This document shows, piece by piece, positions 50,430-64,000 of a stretch of 64,000 bases of DNA. This stretch comes from Marsupella aquatica (taxonomy: Eukaryota > Plantae > Marchantiophyta). The DNA lies in the NCBI GenBank assembly GCA_973895155.1, contig OZ316897.1, forward strand, positions 14,073,375 to 14,137,374, read 5' to 3'. The notes beneath the pieces were generated by a model. It was not told the origin of the DNA. It did no database searches and saw only the letters and a program-made list of their open reading frames with translations. Positions within the stretch are counted from its first letter, which is position 1. Each line of letters begins with the position of its first letter. A program made the translations under genes and the position numbers.

Positions 50430-51615
50430 TAGGTGGAAGTGCCTACCTATTCAGGAGGCTGGCCCAAGGAGAAGAAAAACAACCAAGGACTGGCAACTAA
50501 AACCAGCAATTTAAGTACTATAGCGTGGAGTGGCACACTCCATAGGACCGGCCAGTGAGTAGGACTGGCGGGGTACCTAGCAGTGGATCCGTGACAGAAG
50601 TGTTATTCAATCATTCTAATCTCCAGTGCATTCTCAACTCATGAACAGTAGGGCACTCTATGGAGGGCAAGTGGGACAGGGGGAACCTAAAGAGTGTCAT
50701 CGTGTCATTCCCATAGCCCCACCCAAGTGTTGTAGTCAAACGACATATCATTGAGGGCATCCCCAAAGGTGGATTGTCCAGTCTTGATCCTATGTCTATG
50801 GTGGACCCAATCCTTACGGAGGTAAATCCCTAAGCGGTGCCATGAGCTGTTAATTACACACTGAGGATTCAATGCATTGTTCTTGATAAAATATGAGCTC
50901 CTCTCCTTCCAGATATTCCAACATACAATTGTCCTTATGGTGTTCCAGAGTTTCCCATGAAAGTCCCATGTGTTTGGGAGGGGGCACCCATGAAAATATG
51001 AGTTGGCTGGAGCTGAAACTTGTAAGTCCTGGTGGAGGTGGCCGAGTAGAGAATGTGATGTACCCATAACCAAACAGACAGTCAAATAGGACCGCTCCAG
51101 ATGCAATGTACAGACTCCTCTTGCATGTTCAAGTCATAACTAGTACACCATGTGAGGGGGTTTGCCGCTGATAGGTCTGGGAGTCTCCACTGTTGAGTGA
51201 CAGGGATTGGATAAATGAGCTGCCAGAGAAAGAAAATCTCAATGGCAGCGCGGAATAGGAGCCAGGTGTTAAACCACAGTGCACGTAAATCAGGATGCCA
51301 GTTCAATTCTACTTCCCATTTCCTCAAAGCCTTGTGAGGAGTCATTGCTAAGGATCCTGAATCTCACCAAGGTGGGCAGTGCAGATCTCCATGCAAGGTG
51401 TGTCATCCTTCTGCTAGTATTGCAATCGCACAGCCAGATTGCCAACATGACGGCCAATGCAAAGCTTGGAGAGTTGTGCTGCCCTAGGAGTCCAGATCAT
51501 CACTCTGTGCAAGAGAGTACTGGATGGGGGGAGCTTAGTTAGTATTCTTGTAGAGCAGTTCATTCTCCACCCTAAAAGTATTCCTTTGGGGAGGAGAAAT
51601 AGTTGAAATGCTGCC
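50430..51615 (-). mobile_element. Degenerate L1-type LINE fragment (C-terminal zf-RVT region and 3' end)
   Basis: Frameshifted peptides WFNTW..FFLWQLIY.PIPVTQQWR..WCT..EESVHCIWSGP and WNTIRTIVCWNIWKERSS match the zinc-binding region after RT in plant L1 ORF2. Confidence 0.75.
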
Positions 51616-51617
51616 AT

Positions 51618-52246
51618 TTGAGCCATGATATGGTTTTATTACTGGGCTTTGTATTCCCAGATATCAAGGTCCCATTGGACAGCACAGCTTCCAGATCGTT
51701 GAGCCATGATATGGTTTCTCTGGGCGTTGTATTCCCAGATCATCAAAGTCCCATTGGACAGCACAGCTTCCAGATCATCAAGGTCCCCTTGACCCATGAT
51801 ATGGTTTCTATGGGCATTGTATTACCAGATCATCAAGGTCACATTGGACAGCACAGATATTGTTTCTCTGGGCTTTATATTCCCACATCATCAAATTGTA
51901 TTCCCAGAAGACAGCAGCTTCCAGATCATCAAGGTCCCTTTGAACCATGATATGATTTCTCTGGGCTTTTGTATTCCCAGATCATCAAGGTCCCATTGGA
52001 CAGCACATATATTGTTTCTCTGGGCTTTATATTCCCAGATCATCAAATTGTATTCCCAGAAGACAGCAGCTTCCAGATCATCAAGCTCCCTTCGAACCAT
52101 GATGTGATTTCTCTGGGCTTTTGTATTCCCAGATCATCAAGGTCCCATTGGACAGCACAGCGTCAAGGCCCCGTTGAACCATGATATGGGTTCCCTGGGC
52201 TTTTATATCCCCAGATCATCAAGGTCCCATTGGACAGCACAGTTTC
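51618..52246 (+). repeat. Nested minisatellite with a higher-order ~150-bp unit
   Basis: Modules CCATGATATGGTTTCTCTGGGC, TATTCCCAGATCATCAAGGTCCC and ATTGGACAGCACA are reshuffled many times; 51859-52007 and 52011-52159 are near-identical. Confidence 0.9.
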
Positions 52247-53944
52247 CACGCGGTCCCCTTTATTGTTATCCTCAACAGTTCCATCCAATTCGGGCTGAAT
52301 TCCATGTACTTTGAAAAAATCACACGATCCTTTCTATCCTTATCCTCAAGAGTTCCATCTAATTCAGGGCTGAATTCCAACAATGTGTAGGGCTATCCAG
52401 GAGGGTCTTGTTTAGGAATGGGAAGCTATTAAGAGTTATAGTGGGTTGCTTGAAATTCACTGATGAAGGAGAAATCTTTCTCACAATCACTACAGCATTC
52501 TGGACAAGAGTTTCGTCAAATGGCAGTTTCAGTGACGGACTTTGATTTTCACCTCAGGCGAACACTCGCGGGTTGCGCCCCTGACCACTGTTGAAAGCAG
52601 CTAGTCATGTCATTCGGTGTGGAGTGGAACACAATGATGACAGTCGCCTCGAAGTGAATCAAGATACGATGTGGTGGCTCAATCTCAAACAACATCTTCA
52701 GTTTAAATGAACAAAGAGTGCCGCAGAGCAAAACATACATATACATACATACACCATGCTTTGACTCGGAGAACTACAGCTTAAAATCGCCTTGAATGCC
52801 CTAGAGTTGAAAATTTCAGTCCAGCCTTATCATACAATAGTCTCCAGATCTGTACACCAGCTAGAGTAGCAACACTGAATTTGTTTGCTAGCTGCTCAGT
52901 CGATACTGGAGTATATAAATACGAAATCTTACTGGTCCTATGGCTTTCTTGATCTGGGAACTGCGTAAAATTGATCAAGCGATTGTTCCAAAATACCAGT
53001 CTTCAACCTTGTTAGGAAAAATGAATATAAAGGTACATTGCACAACAGAAGTCACGAGATCAAAAAGCATATCAAATATCATCTCTAAGTGTCATATATG
53101 CACAGTGCTACTAACCGCATCAGATTCGTGCACGCCATATCTACTACCTACAGATTCCTAAATTTCCTAGTTCCAATGTACACAGCCAAGTTTTGTGAAT
53201 TGAGGTCCATCAGTATATCGGAAGGAGAAGGGCGGGGCCGGCTCCAGAGGCGAGTGCTGTTCCCACTAGGAAGCGTCAGCAAACCCCTTCAACACAAAGT
53301 CTGAAAGGAGGGCCAGGCCTGCTATTCATGTGACCAATCTTTCAGAGGACCTGGGAAGATCCCTCACAAACTCGTTTGCTACATCCTGGATGAAGAGAAA
53401 GAAGCAAATCGCCCAAAACCAGTCCGTGGTTTAGACTAGCACGGAGCTCAAGAACTCCTTCAGATACTACATCATCCCCGATGAAGAGAATTGAGCAACC
53501 CATCTTATCGAAATCGAAGGGAAAGTTTATGCTTGGGTAATCGCCTTGCTACAACCCAGAAGCAAACGAGCCAGATCGGATCAAATTGGAAACCTGCCCA
53601 AAACCTGCATCACGTGACGTGGAGGCGTGCAGACTGAATGGGATGATGCAACTCGTCCTCTTCGAAATACAAGGAATCCGTGTTGTCCTCCAATTGAGAC
53701 TCTATTGACCACCACGAAGTCCATGACATCGCTGGTGCAGGATTTCCGGTTTCTAACATCACCTCTCATCAGACTTCACAGCAATATGTATGAAGATAAG
53801 ATCGGCAGCAGCAGTTGCAGACCAGCCCACAACAAGAAACCCAGTAGAGTGAAGACGCCTGATCGAGCTGGAATTTCGACCTATTCATTTGCTGCAGTAC
53901 CGATCACAAGGCCTGCTCCCTTGAAATATGACTAAATGTATGAA

Positions 53945-56900
53945 TTACCTGAAAGGCCGCTGCCGCAAATCTCCAATTATTCCATTCGCAGAGAGCTGGG
54001 GATCTCCCATGAAGCTGTCTCTATCTCTTGCACTAGGCATAATAAATCTGTCTACGTTGTGCGTTCCTGAGAGCCCCTTCAAACTGGGACTTCTTACGGA
54101 GTAGAAAACCATTTTCTGAGATTTGCCCCCGGCCGATGAGTTGTTGCTGTTGGTAGAGAGCTCACCGACAGGGAAAGACAGTCTCTTCTTCGCAGGCGTC
54201 AACTCTTTCTCGGGAGTTCCAGGTCTGCTCTTGGGTGTACTGTGAGAGCGGACCTTCGCTCGAGCAGACTGGGTGATTTGCATGTAATTAGGAACAGAAG
54301 GAGAGCTCGCCAAGCTCTCGTCGTCTCTCATGGATGCGGCAAGGCTGGGGCCCATGCTGTACCGAGTTCCAAACCTGTGATTCAAACTCGGAGCACTCCT
54401 GCCCGTGGTGGATGCAGTGCTCACCTCTTCATCGTCTCGTTTAGGGGCCCGGCGAGGGCTTGCAGAGCGAATTGGGTGCATAATCTTATTAGAAATACTG
54501 GGTGGGGTGAGCGGGGACAAAGGTGGCATACTGTTGTTCGACATTCCAGACGTGGTGGACTTCAACGGGGTAGAGGGAGCCTCATAGTGGGCGTGGTGGC
54601 CATTTCCATTGCCATACCGTGAATGTCCCCCGTTGCTGCTGCCGTTGGAGTAATGCGAATTTCCATTAGAGTACTGCGAGTTTCCATTGCCGTAGAAGGA
54701 TGTGGCATTCTCTCTGGGCAATGGACCAGATTGGGGTACAGCAAACCGTTCTCTTTGGGCACCATAAGTGTCGTTCGAGATTGGCCCGGACTGCGATATG
54801 ACTCCTCGTTGCTTACTGCTGCCATTGTGATTCTGCTTCACGAAATCCACCTCAACGATTTTCGAGCTCTCGGCATCGGTGCTGTGTCCGGAGGTTTCGT
54901 CGGGGTCGGCTTTGGAATTGCTGTCTGTGACCCGATTCTCCCAAGGTCGGGCTGCCATCCACCGTTCCAACCAGCTCCAGCCCCAATGTGGCTTATCAGG
55001 ATCGCAGTCGATGAACAATTGGGACGACTCCTTCGGATCTCCCCTCCATAACTGCCTCGAATGCACATTCTGTTGCAGTGTTAGTCAGCACTGAGCCCGA
55101 AACCAGATTGGATGAATGTTTGGTAAAGAGCCGAAAAACCTCAACGATAACATATTCTGAGAAACTGTGGCCGAGAAATACCTGATGAGAGAATGCGTAC
55201 GCCATCGCCCTTTCGCGTTTCATAGCAGCCTCATGTCTGCTCTGCTCCTTGGCCTGCAGCTCTTCCGCAGTGCGGAGACTGTCATTCCACCCCAGACCCT
55301 CATTTGAGGTGTATAGTGGATCGGACTGGACAGTGAGACAAAAGAACTAGTGAGTCAGGCCTTCTTCATAAAAGAATAGACAACCTCGACCATCACATAA
55401 AAGGCACGATGGCATACACTACTTTATAATTGCTGTGCTAGACACTGGAGCATACGTTCTCCCAGAAGTTTCAAGAATTTCAAGCCCACCCACAAGGAGG
55501 TCGAGTAGAAAGGGTGGAAAAGGATAAAATCATCCCCTTGAAAAGCTAAAATCAGGACTAGCGTGACACTCCTTGGAAAGATTGGGTCAGGGAGAGACAC
55601 TAACGTGACTAACCAACGATTTCCTCGGCTTCTGTGCAGTAGTGGAATCCTGTCGCCGCTGCCAAATCTGTCGTTGCACAGCTTGTCCCTCCTCCGACAT
55701 ACGAACCCGACGGGCACGGACTCGTGCTTGCACTCTCACGAGAGCTTGCATGCAACGTAGAGTGATACTCGCTTGTCTCCTGACTGTGTGGCCACGGACC
55801 AGTGCTTGCAGCCTCACCAATCCCCTCAGAGCTCGGAGTGCCCGTCGAGCCTACAAACGATCAGCCAATTGAATCATCATCAATAAGATGTCCAAGTCTA
55901 TCAAGACCAGCTATCACTTTCACAAGATAGCAAGATAGAAACCATTGCTAGACTACCGTGTGACAAATGCAAAACAAGATCGTCAGACAAGACTCTGTGT
56001 AGGTAGACCAATATTCTATTCGTAAGGCAGAGAAACAAAAGACCATGACTGCACCCAATAGAGAAAACATCAGTCATGATAATAGCACTGATATTCGTTT
56101 CCAGGTAGCAACGACGAAAACCACCAATTTCAGCATTTAGAATGGACCAGATATATGATTGAGGTGGAGACTTTCAATCGTTCAAGAGACTCATAAAAGA
56201 ATGCTGGACTTTAAACTCTCTGAACCTGCACAACGTAGAAAAGATATAACCCATGTCCACACCCCAGCAGAGCAAATGCCATCGAGGTTCAAATTGACAT
56301 TCTCTTCGTTTGGGTGTGGTCATTTCACGTCGATGGCTTCACAAGGCAGCAAAGAAGTGTAGGCACATCGGCCATTTGACTCGCCAGAGAATGGCACTAC
56401 GGAGACCCACGTTCATTGATTCACCAGGTTTGGAAAACAGAACCACACTTGTAGACGATTGACAAGCTGGGAAGCGATATGGAACAACAGTCTTATACTA
56501 GCCTGAACCAAAAGGAAGCCGAGGGGTTGTGAGTGCAAACTAGCAAGCGTACCAGGTAACCTCGAAATGCTGTTTGAATCCTGGTCGCGGCCCATTCCTC
56601 TCTAGTTTCTCCGTAGTAGAAATGGAGACCTCCGGCGCCGGTGAGGCGTACTACCGCAGCAGCGGCTTGCGCTGCTGCAACTGCTGCATCGGCAGCAGTC
56701 TGAGTGGCTGCCGCAACTGCAAGGGCGCGCTGATTTTGCTCGTCGTCGTGGAAAAGAGCAGAATGCTTATCGTTGGAATATTGGTAATCCCTGTCCTTAT
56801 TGTCTACGCGTACTTGCGATGAGGACTTGCCAAAGCTCCACCTACGCTTTTCCTTTGGTTTCTTCTGTAAGAGACAGAGAGAGAAGATTGCAATCAGAGC

Positions 56901-57324
56901 GCAGATCTTACCCGTAGTGTCAGATAGCAATTGTATTCGAGAGGAGAGAACAATGCGTTTTGAAAAGGACTTCATTCCTCTTGACAGCCTCAGCAGCTTT
57001 GTGCTCCTGAGGATCTATCCATATAGATGGCACTTAACATCGCTGAAAATACTATAACGGATTTGACAGTTTAGAGCGACTCAATTGACCGACTGAGTTC
57101 TCACACATAGCAAGGAGGATGATAAACAGAATGTAAGATGTTTCGAGGGCGCATGTCAGAGTATCCTCTGAGGACCCACCCACTGCTATATTACTGATAG
57201 GTGGGGACCTTACCTGCTCGACAAATAGCTCTACGTTCTCCTGATCCTTTTGGAATTTCTCTTCCTTGGATGGCGACCGAAATGCCTTTTTCACGGCATT
57301 CAGCCACTTCCCTTTCTTCCCCAT
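53945..57324 (-). CDS. IQ67-domain (IQD) calmodulin-binding/microtubule scaffold protein with DUF4005, 5 coding exons, ~636 aa
   Basis: Exons 57324-57214, 56864-56553, 55850-55614, 55325-55182 and 55051-53945, all phase 0 (1911 nt). Motifs: [30 protein letters not shown]|[26 protein letters not shown] (conserved IQ67 intron position), [54 protein letters not shown]. Confidence 0.96.
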
Positions 57325-60169
57325 TCTTCCCTCTACTGTGACAACAGAATCCTGTAAATCATCGCACAAAACAAAGGTCATTCAGACGCACAGGAAGACT
57401 AGTTTGAGGCAAGATCCATGCGCCGTGTGGATAATCCATCGCACATTCATTTTCTTCATGAAGGAACTAGAAGGAGGGCTAAGACAATTCGACGTTATTC
57501 GGACATTGTCGTTTTAGTGCGCGAGATTAGCCTCTCTGTTCGTTGGTTTTCCGAATGGGTTCCGCGCAACGTCGACGTCGACATCCATCTGGCACGCCAA
57601 CGACTCCTGACGAAAATCCGGAAAAGGGGTAGCACGTTCCACAGTTTTGACAGATCTCCTTAAAGTGCGGCGGAATGCAGCGAGTGCCATGGTGGGAAGG
57701 GAGCAACCAGTGAAGCAGGCTGCCAGCCCATTCCATTACACGCTCTAAGCACATTTCCTCTGGGCTAACCACCAGCTTGGGATGGAAAGTACGACGCGAC
57801 CAGACGAGGGAACAGTCAATGTGATCGTTAAAAGCCTCGAATGTAATGAATGTACATATGTACAAGGAGTTATGATTTTGCATAAAATGCTCAGATATAT
57901 TCTCCGCATAAGAGAAATAATGACAGGGAGCAAGCCTACGTACATAAAAGTAGTGAACGAGCCAGCAGAGGAGCAAACGCATATATCTATTGTACGTCAC
58001 CAACCCGGACTTGCTTCCGAAGGGCCCCGAAGGCAAGAAGACCATTATACCATCTTGCTCACCTGAAGCTCGACGCTGATTAAATCGATGACATTTCGCC
58101 GGGTAGCATTCCGCACAACGGTGTTCCCAAGCAAAGGTGGACAATGATTTTCCAAAGTAGGCAACAAACGTTGGTCACAAGACTGGAGAAAGCACTAGAG
58201 AGAGACTGCTTAGCACCGAAGGGAGACTGCTTAGCATCGAAGGGAACCTTCCACTTCCAACGCTGCAACCGGAAAGAATACTGTACCTTGGTCGGATGTC
58301 TCGATTCTGGCGTCGAAGGGAAATGCGGAACCGCCACGAGTGCTCGTGGCTTGCTTGATGAAGTGAGAAGCCTACGATTCCTCCCCACTTCCGAAAACGT
58401 AAATCGTTTTTTCCAGGAAAGGAATTGAGGGAATTTCAGGAGGCGACGTGTTTTCATGAAATTAATTTACTGTAGCAACTAGTGCTACTGTACTAGTGTG
58501 CGTAGTTAATCCCAGAAAACACGGGATAATGCAGGCGAAGTGGACGGAACTTAAAGATACGTTCAACAAGAACACTGAGTTGAAGTCATAATGCTCGTGA
58601 CGAGCTCCAAAGTAGCGATGGACACCAGACGTGTAAATCAGGTACTCGAAATACACAACTGGAGAGTGCCATAGTACTGCAAGAAATGCTCAGCGAGAGT
58701 TCTACAGTTGTCCCAGAAACCGGTGGATTAAAAATACGGAGGGTCCATATGAGAGAAACGTTGACAGGGAACAAGTGAGAAAGACAGGCAGGCAAGGGAA
58801 TTGAGGCGCAATGCAGCCAAAGAAGGTCATAATGCAGACGAGCGCCATCAAGGGAGCTGCTGCAGCAGCAGCAGCAGGTTGATGTCTATCATCCGAAGAG
58901 AACGAGGAGGCAAGGAAGACAGCATTGTTTGGCGAGGTAAAACCAATCCGCATTGGCGCAAATCCCCCCTAGTGGTGCTCGTCATGGTCGTCTTTGCAGC
59001 AGAACAACAATACCGCGGCCCGACACGCAAGACAACGCCATTGCCTGCGGACCAGGGAGTAGGACAAGTCGTAGCACCCCGGCGCCGTTCATTGTGCTCC
59101 CACTATGCTGCACGAGAGCTCGCGGCCTCGCGAGACAAGAGAGCAAGAAAGAAATACACAGCGCTACCGATAGAAAGAGAGGAGACACTGCTAATCGAGC
59201 ATTGCAAGCATGAAAGGGAGTGAGAGCTCGAGTCGTGGGACCGACCTCTAAGTGGGACCCGCTCGCTGAGCTAGACAGGCAGGCACCAAGCACGCAGGAG
59301 TCGCCGGACAGGCAGGATCAATAGCAGCAGCTCCTCTTCCTCCTGTCACACCTCTGCTCCACCACCGCCACCTTCCGTGCGTGATGCTATTCCCTTTCCG
59401 CCTCCCTTTTCGCTTTCCCTACCTAGTAGTAGCTATTCTACCACCACCTCCTCTGTCATAAAACATCCTAGAGCTCACTTTCCTCTCTGATCTGAACTGC
59501 ATCAATCCTGACAATGTCCTTCCGACCTCCCGCGACCTACCTCCTAATTTGCCCAAAGGCCCCAAATGCCTCCAAACTCGTTCCTCATCAGCTCCTCGGA
59601 GTCGCATTGCCTCATTATCTCCTCACAAACGATCACCCGGGGTTCATGGAAATTGTTCCGAGGCCCAGAAGAAAACGGAAATCCGGCATCCGGAGTGTTT
59701 TGGTCCGGTCCTCGTAGTCAATGACAGAAGACGACTCTACTCTACTACTAATTGCTTTGTACTAGTACTGCTACGGTACCGTCAAATCGATCTCCACGCA
59801 CGAGAGGCCGGCTGCTTTCTGCCTGTTGCAATAAAAGCCTGGATGGCATCTCCCGTGCTTTCCACATCAGTCATCAGAGCACCCGGGTCCCGCCATAGCT
59901 CTCCCGCGCGCTTCTCGCTCGTTCCCCCGAGAGGGGTCCGTTGTGCACCCTGATGTCAACACTAACTTTTCACGCTCCGTGTTTCGTGATTAGTTAGTTA
60001 AACCACAGCTGCCACTATAAAAGGGGTCTGTCCCTAACCAGAAGCTTTTCATTTGCCTCCTAGCTGAATAGTAATCCTGGCAGGCTTTCCCATCAAACTA
60101 TCAAAGGTTAGTGTACAGTACATGAAGAACTTACTCCCGTATATCTATTTAGAGCAACACTACTGTAGA

Positions 60170-60362
60170 TGATTTAATAAAATTAATTGGGTTTCGCGTT
60201 ATATGGAATGACATAGTACATTGTCACATTTTGACATGCATTTAGCGGGACTGCACATCAAAATGGACCCGCCAGATATATATTTAGAGTAACACTAGAT
60301 AATTTAATCAAAATAATTGGGTTTATCACGTGACATTGTACATTGTCACATTTTGAGGTGCA
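60170..60362 (+). repeat. Tandem duplication, unit ~130 bp
   Basis: ATTTAAT.AAA.TAATTGGGTTT..TGACAT.GTACATTGTCACATTTTGA occurs twice. Confidence 0.7.
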
Positions 60363-63300
60363 AGTATTGGGACCCCAAAGGTTATATGGTTTTTTTTTTC
60401 TAAGCTAGCTAATGTCATCTTGTGGACCATTGGCTATCTCTCTATTGCATTATTTCAAACTACAAGACAGAAGCTACAATTGGGACACAGGATCCCAAAG
60501 GCAAGAGGCCAAATAAAGGGCGGAAAGAAGGGGAAAACCTATGTTGTAGTGGTAGAGGTTTATTTTATTTTTTACTCTTCTAGGTCGTTTGAGTTTGCAT
60601 TTTCTCTCTTTGAGTTTGGTGTTTGTCCTTTGTGTGCCTCTTTTGTCATTCTACGTTGTTTGGCATGTTAGATAAATTGGTCTTTTTTTGTAGTGTGAAC
60701 GACTCTTATGTATTATTTTCATAGATTAACATCTGACTGTTACCAAGACTGTTACATCTCCTAGATTTAAGGGTAAATTGTGAGAAGAGCTCTAGCTGGT
60801 GGCTGAATGGGAAACTGGCCAATGGAAGATACAAGGCTTGGCTGAAAGTGGTCAAGACTTTTCAGTGAGGTGGAATTTGGTACATTTATGCTACTAAGCA
60901 AAAATTTGAAGCAGGCCCTAAATATATATTTTGATAATTTCTTAAAAAATGAACTATCTTCAGATGTGGTTTTTTGTGGAAGGTATATTTGGATATGTTT
61001 TGAGCCATAGATCATCTCCTGTGGTGGACTAATGGGACTAGCCCAAATATCTTTGGGTATGCACAGGAAGGGTTCCCCATAAATCAAAATTCTCATGCCT
61101 ATATTTACCAACATACTCCAAATATCAAGATTTGTTGTTACAAGAGAAATTACAGCCTATAGTTTCACTCTAATGAGCACTCATGAATGATAGACTTAGA
61201 TTGCAAATTATAGAATAAATGATACTTATATTCAAAAATTCACCTTTGTATACATTGTTATACTGTATTTCTGAAATGAGTATTGTGGGTTTGCCAAGAG
61301 TACTTTATATGAGAACTCACGATTCACGCCAACACGGATGTTTAACTCTGACTCTTCCGTGTTGTTGTTCTGGACCCTTCCATGGATTCGATAATTAGCT
61401 CGGCGAATACTTTGCTCTCGTGACCTTGATTAGGTAACTGGTGATACACCTGAGCCATCAACAGATCAACTCATGATGCTCAGATCTTCTGTGCCAATGA
61501 TCGAGAATCCAGACCATCAAAAGGCCCAATCATTAGTTGATTAAGTGTCTTTTACAGGATGGATGGATGGTGTAACACTTTACCTTGGTTAGTTTGGCGA
61601 AAGGCCTTTCTCACAGGTTACGTTCATCACATGGAACCTTAAAGCGCCACTGTCCATGACAAAACCAGGTTTTGGACACTTCTCCTTTTATATGGACAAT
61701 GGTGGTTTAAGCCATCCCCACATGGTTCGGTTCAATTTCACTTTGGGGGCAGTCAAGGCAACAACCTAGACTCAATAATAAGTAGTTTCACAAGCCACTT
61801 TAAAGTCCCTATTACTTTTGGCTCTTTGGTCTTCTTGGTTGTTCCTATGTTTGCTCCTTTTATTGGGTCTCCTGCCTTTGGGAACCTGTCACCCTCTATG
61901 ATTTTTCTTGCTTTTTGACAGCGTTAGATGTATTACTTTGATCCAGTTCATTACCTCGGTTACTTTACTTCACTCAGCTCATAACCTTGTTTAGTTTACT
62001 CCTGTAAATGCTTGCCTGGTCAGCAGCATTGTTGGAAATGTTGAAAGTACTGTACTTCAGCTGTTTGATGAAAAGGAGAATGACCGACCTAATTGATTAT
62101 AATTATTTGTTCAACATCAGCGTACACTAGAGTACTGTAGCTGTCAGAGTCATGGTGCAGTTTATTTTCTCTTAACTTTTTATGAGTCCGCATTGTGGAG
62201 ATTTTTAACTAAAATATAGTATCTTCATGCCACATATTGCCACCACGGCAATAACTCTTGGGACAAGTAAGACTTTTTCTGTACTACAGTAGTGACCAAG
62301 GCCGTGATTACAACTATGACAGTCAACTGATGTGACCAACAGCAAAGCAGTGGTGTGCCTTGACCAAGTTCCATCGAGAAGGAGGTAACCCAGGTGGGTA
62401 GGCCATCTATAATAATTCATTCCAACCTGAAGGCTGCCATTTCTCAGTCCCCATTGGTCTTCATGGGGCATTTCTTTCGTCCTTGGCAAGAAAGAAACTT
62501 ACTTAAGACCGGTTCCTTTGTTGGCACCAAACTCACTTAAATCTGATGGAGAATTTCAGTTGGAATTTATTGTCATCTATCTTTTCCTTTTGTACTAAAA
62601 TTTGAGATAGAAGTCTACCCATCATGACCTATTCTGAAGAGTCAAGCCATAGGCAGCAAATTGTCTGCGATGTTTATTTTGTTAATAATGTATGTGAATA
62701 GGGACTGGTACGGTACAAGAAGCTCTTATGTGCATGTGCACAGGTATTTGGGCTAGTGATTTCTAGCATACTCTGAAGATGTGGCGTAACTAGGGGAGCC
62801 AAAAGGGTGCCACAGTGTAAGGTCAATTCCGAGGGGCAATTTTGGGGGTCAAACAGGGGCCCAATAGACTTGAGTGTCACATGGTGAAGGCCCCACATCC
62901 ACAGGTAAACTGTGGCATCTCAATTTCCTTCATTGAGGCTCAAACATGATACCTCTGGCTTACGAGCAAGCAAACCCACAGGTGCGCTACATGGTGGGGC
63001 CCGTTTTTGCAGTCGCTCCAGAACTGATGAAATAACTACGTTTAAGACACCAAACTGTGGCTGTTACTTGCCAACAGTTGGCCACAAAGATCACAAAGAT
63101 TCTAATTGAAAGTCTCTCATGTCAAGCATTTTACTAATTTCTATGTGCAAAAGCAGTAGTCCACATTGGACTTGGATGGTTCACAGAACAACCCAAGCCA
63201 AGCTGCACCCCTTAGTTTCTGACCATGGACAGTGCTCGCTCCACTGGGGTTGTGGGGTAAGGTTGGCACACAAATAAATAGACCAGAGTACATGGAATAG

Positions 63301-63580
63301 GCTCAAGAGGTCAACAACAAACAACTATTGTAACCATCCAAAATAGTTGTTTCTGTTTTAGCCAAGTTTTATAAACCATAAGTAAAATGTGGTATTTATA
63401 ACAAAGAAATAGATTAAAAGGTATATTTCATTCGAATTTTCTCCCTAAAGTAAGGAAAAGAAATTAGGTGAAGATAGCACGTGGTATCTGAAAAAATACA
63501 TTAAGTTAATTCAGAGTAAATAGTGCCATGCCTTAAGATTACACACAAAGCACAATTGGGATCGAATGTTGCATGAGCTA

Positions 63581-63755
63581 GCTGGCATTCCCCAATTTGC
63601 CAAACAGGACCAAGCAACCAGTCAAGAGCCTCACTCGACCCACCAAACAATTGCAAAGCAACACAAAGTTACAATCGATCACTGGCATTCCCCAATTTGC
63701 CAAACAGGACCAAGCGACCAATCAGGAGCCCACCACTCACTCAACCCACCAAACA
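63581..63755 (+). repeat. Tandem duplication, unit ~100 bp
   Basis: CTGGCATTCCCCAATTTGCCAAACAGGACCAAGC.ACCA.TCA.GAGCC..CACTC.ACCCACCAAACA occurs twice. Confidence 0.85.
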
Positions 63756-64000
63756 GTTTTAAAGCAACGCTAAGTTACAATCACTGTAACTTAAAGGAAA
63801 GGAAGATCGTGGGCAGTCATCTGGCCATTGAGCTTCATTTGCATCGAATACGATGCCTTTGTTTCAAAGAATGCCATTCCCAAAACCAAAGAGAGTTTCA
63901 TTGAGGATGAATTCGACGTTCTCCTTCCAGTGACGATGTGCCATCAGATGCCACCCTGGATATGCGGAACATACAGTAGTACTCATGGCCGAGAGAATTT

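Noticed and set aside
51618-52246. CRISPR-like repeat array
   Set aside because: The segments between repeats are themselves repeats rather than unique spacers; there are no cas genes and the context is eukaryotic.
54242-55094. Plus-strand and alternate-frame ORFs overlapping the last IQD exon
   Set aside because: Shadow ORFs of a GC-rich exon with no recognisable motifs.
61330-61364. Short hairpin CAACACGGA...TCCGTGTTG
   Set aside because: Only a 9-bp stem; too short for a MIR precursor and expected by chance.
63810-64000. Coding-like sequence at the window end (minus strand)
   Set aside because: Short open frames with no recognisable family; the adjacent window is needed.

Overview
Eukaryotic nuclear DNA from a land plant; gene style suggests a bryophyte, possibly a liverwort (inference). 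Three spliceosomal protein-coding genes are well supported: a 10-exon TRM5 tRNA m1G37 methyltransferase (+, 37416-42123) with two in-frame start codons, the cytochrome b6f subunit PetM (-, 44497-44880), and a 5-coding-exon IQ67-domain (IQD) gene (-, 53945-57324). The first ~37 kb and the 46-52 kb and 60-64 kb segments are mostly transposon debris. This includes the right end of a CACTA element whose TnpD transposase carries one premature stop, several Mutator-like TIR elements (two with 9-bp TSDs, some with captured-looking GC-rich cores), a 5'-truncated CRE-like non-LTR retrotransposon with a restriction-like endonuclease, an L1 fragment, dispersed repeats and nested minisatellites. Several ~1-1.7 kb stretches look like heavily decayed F-box-type genes (low confidence). 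I found no CRISPR array, rRNA or convincing tRNA. I cannot demonstrate a wholly new biological system from sequence alone; the best leads are listed as findings.
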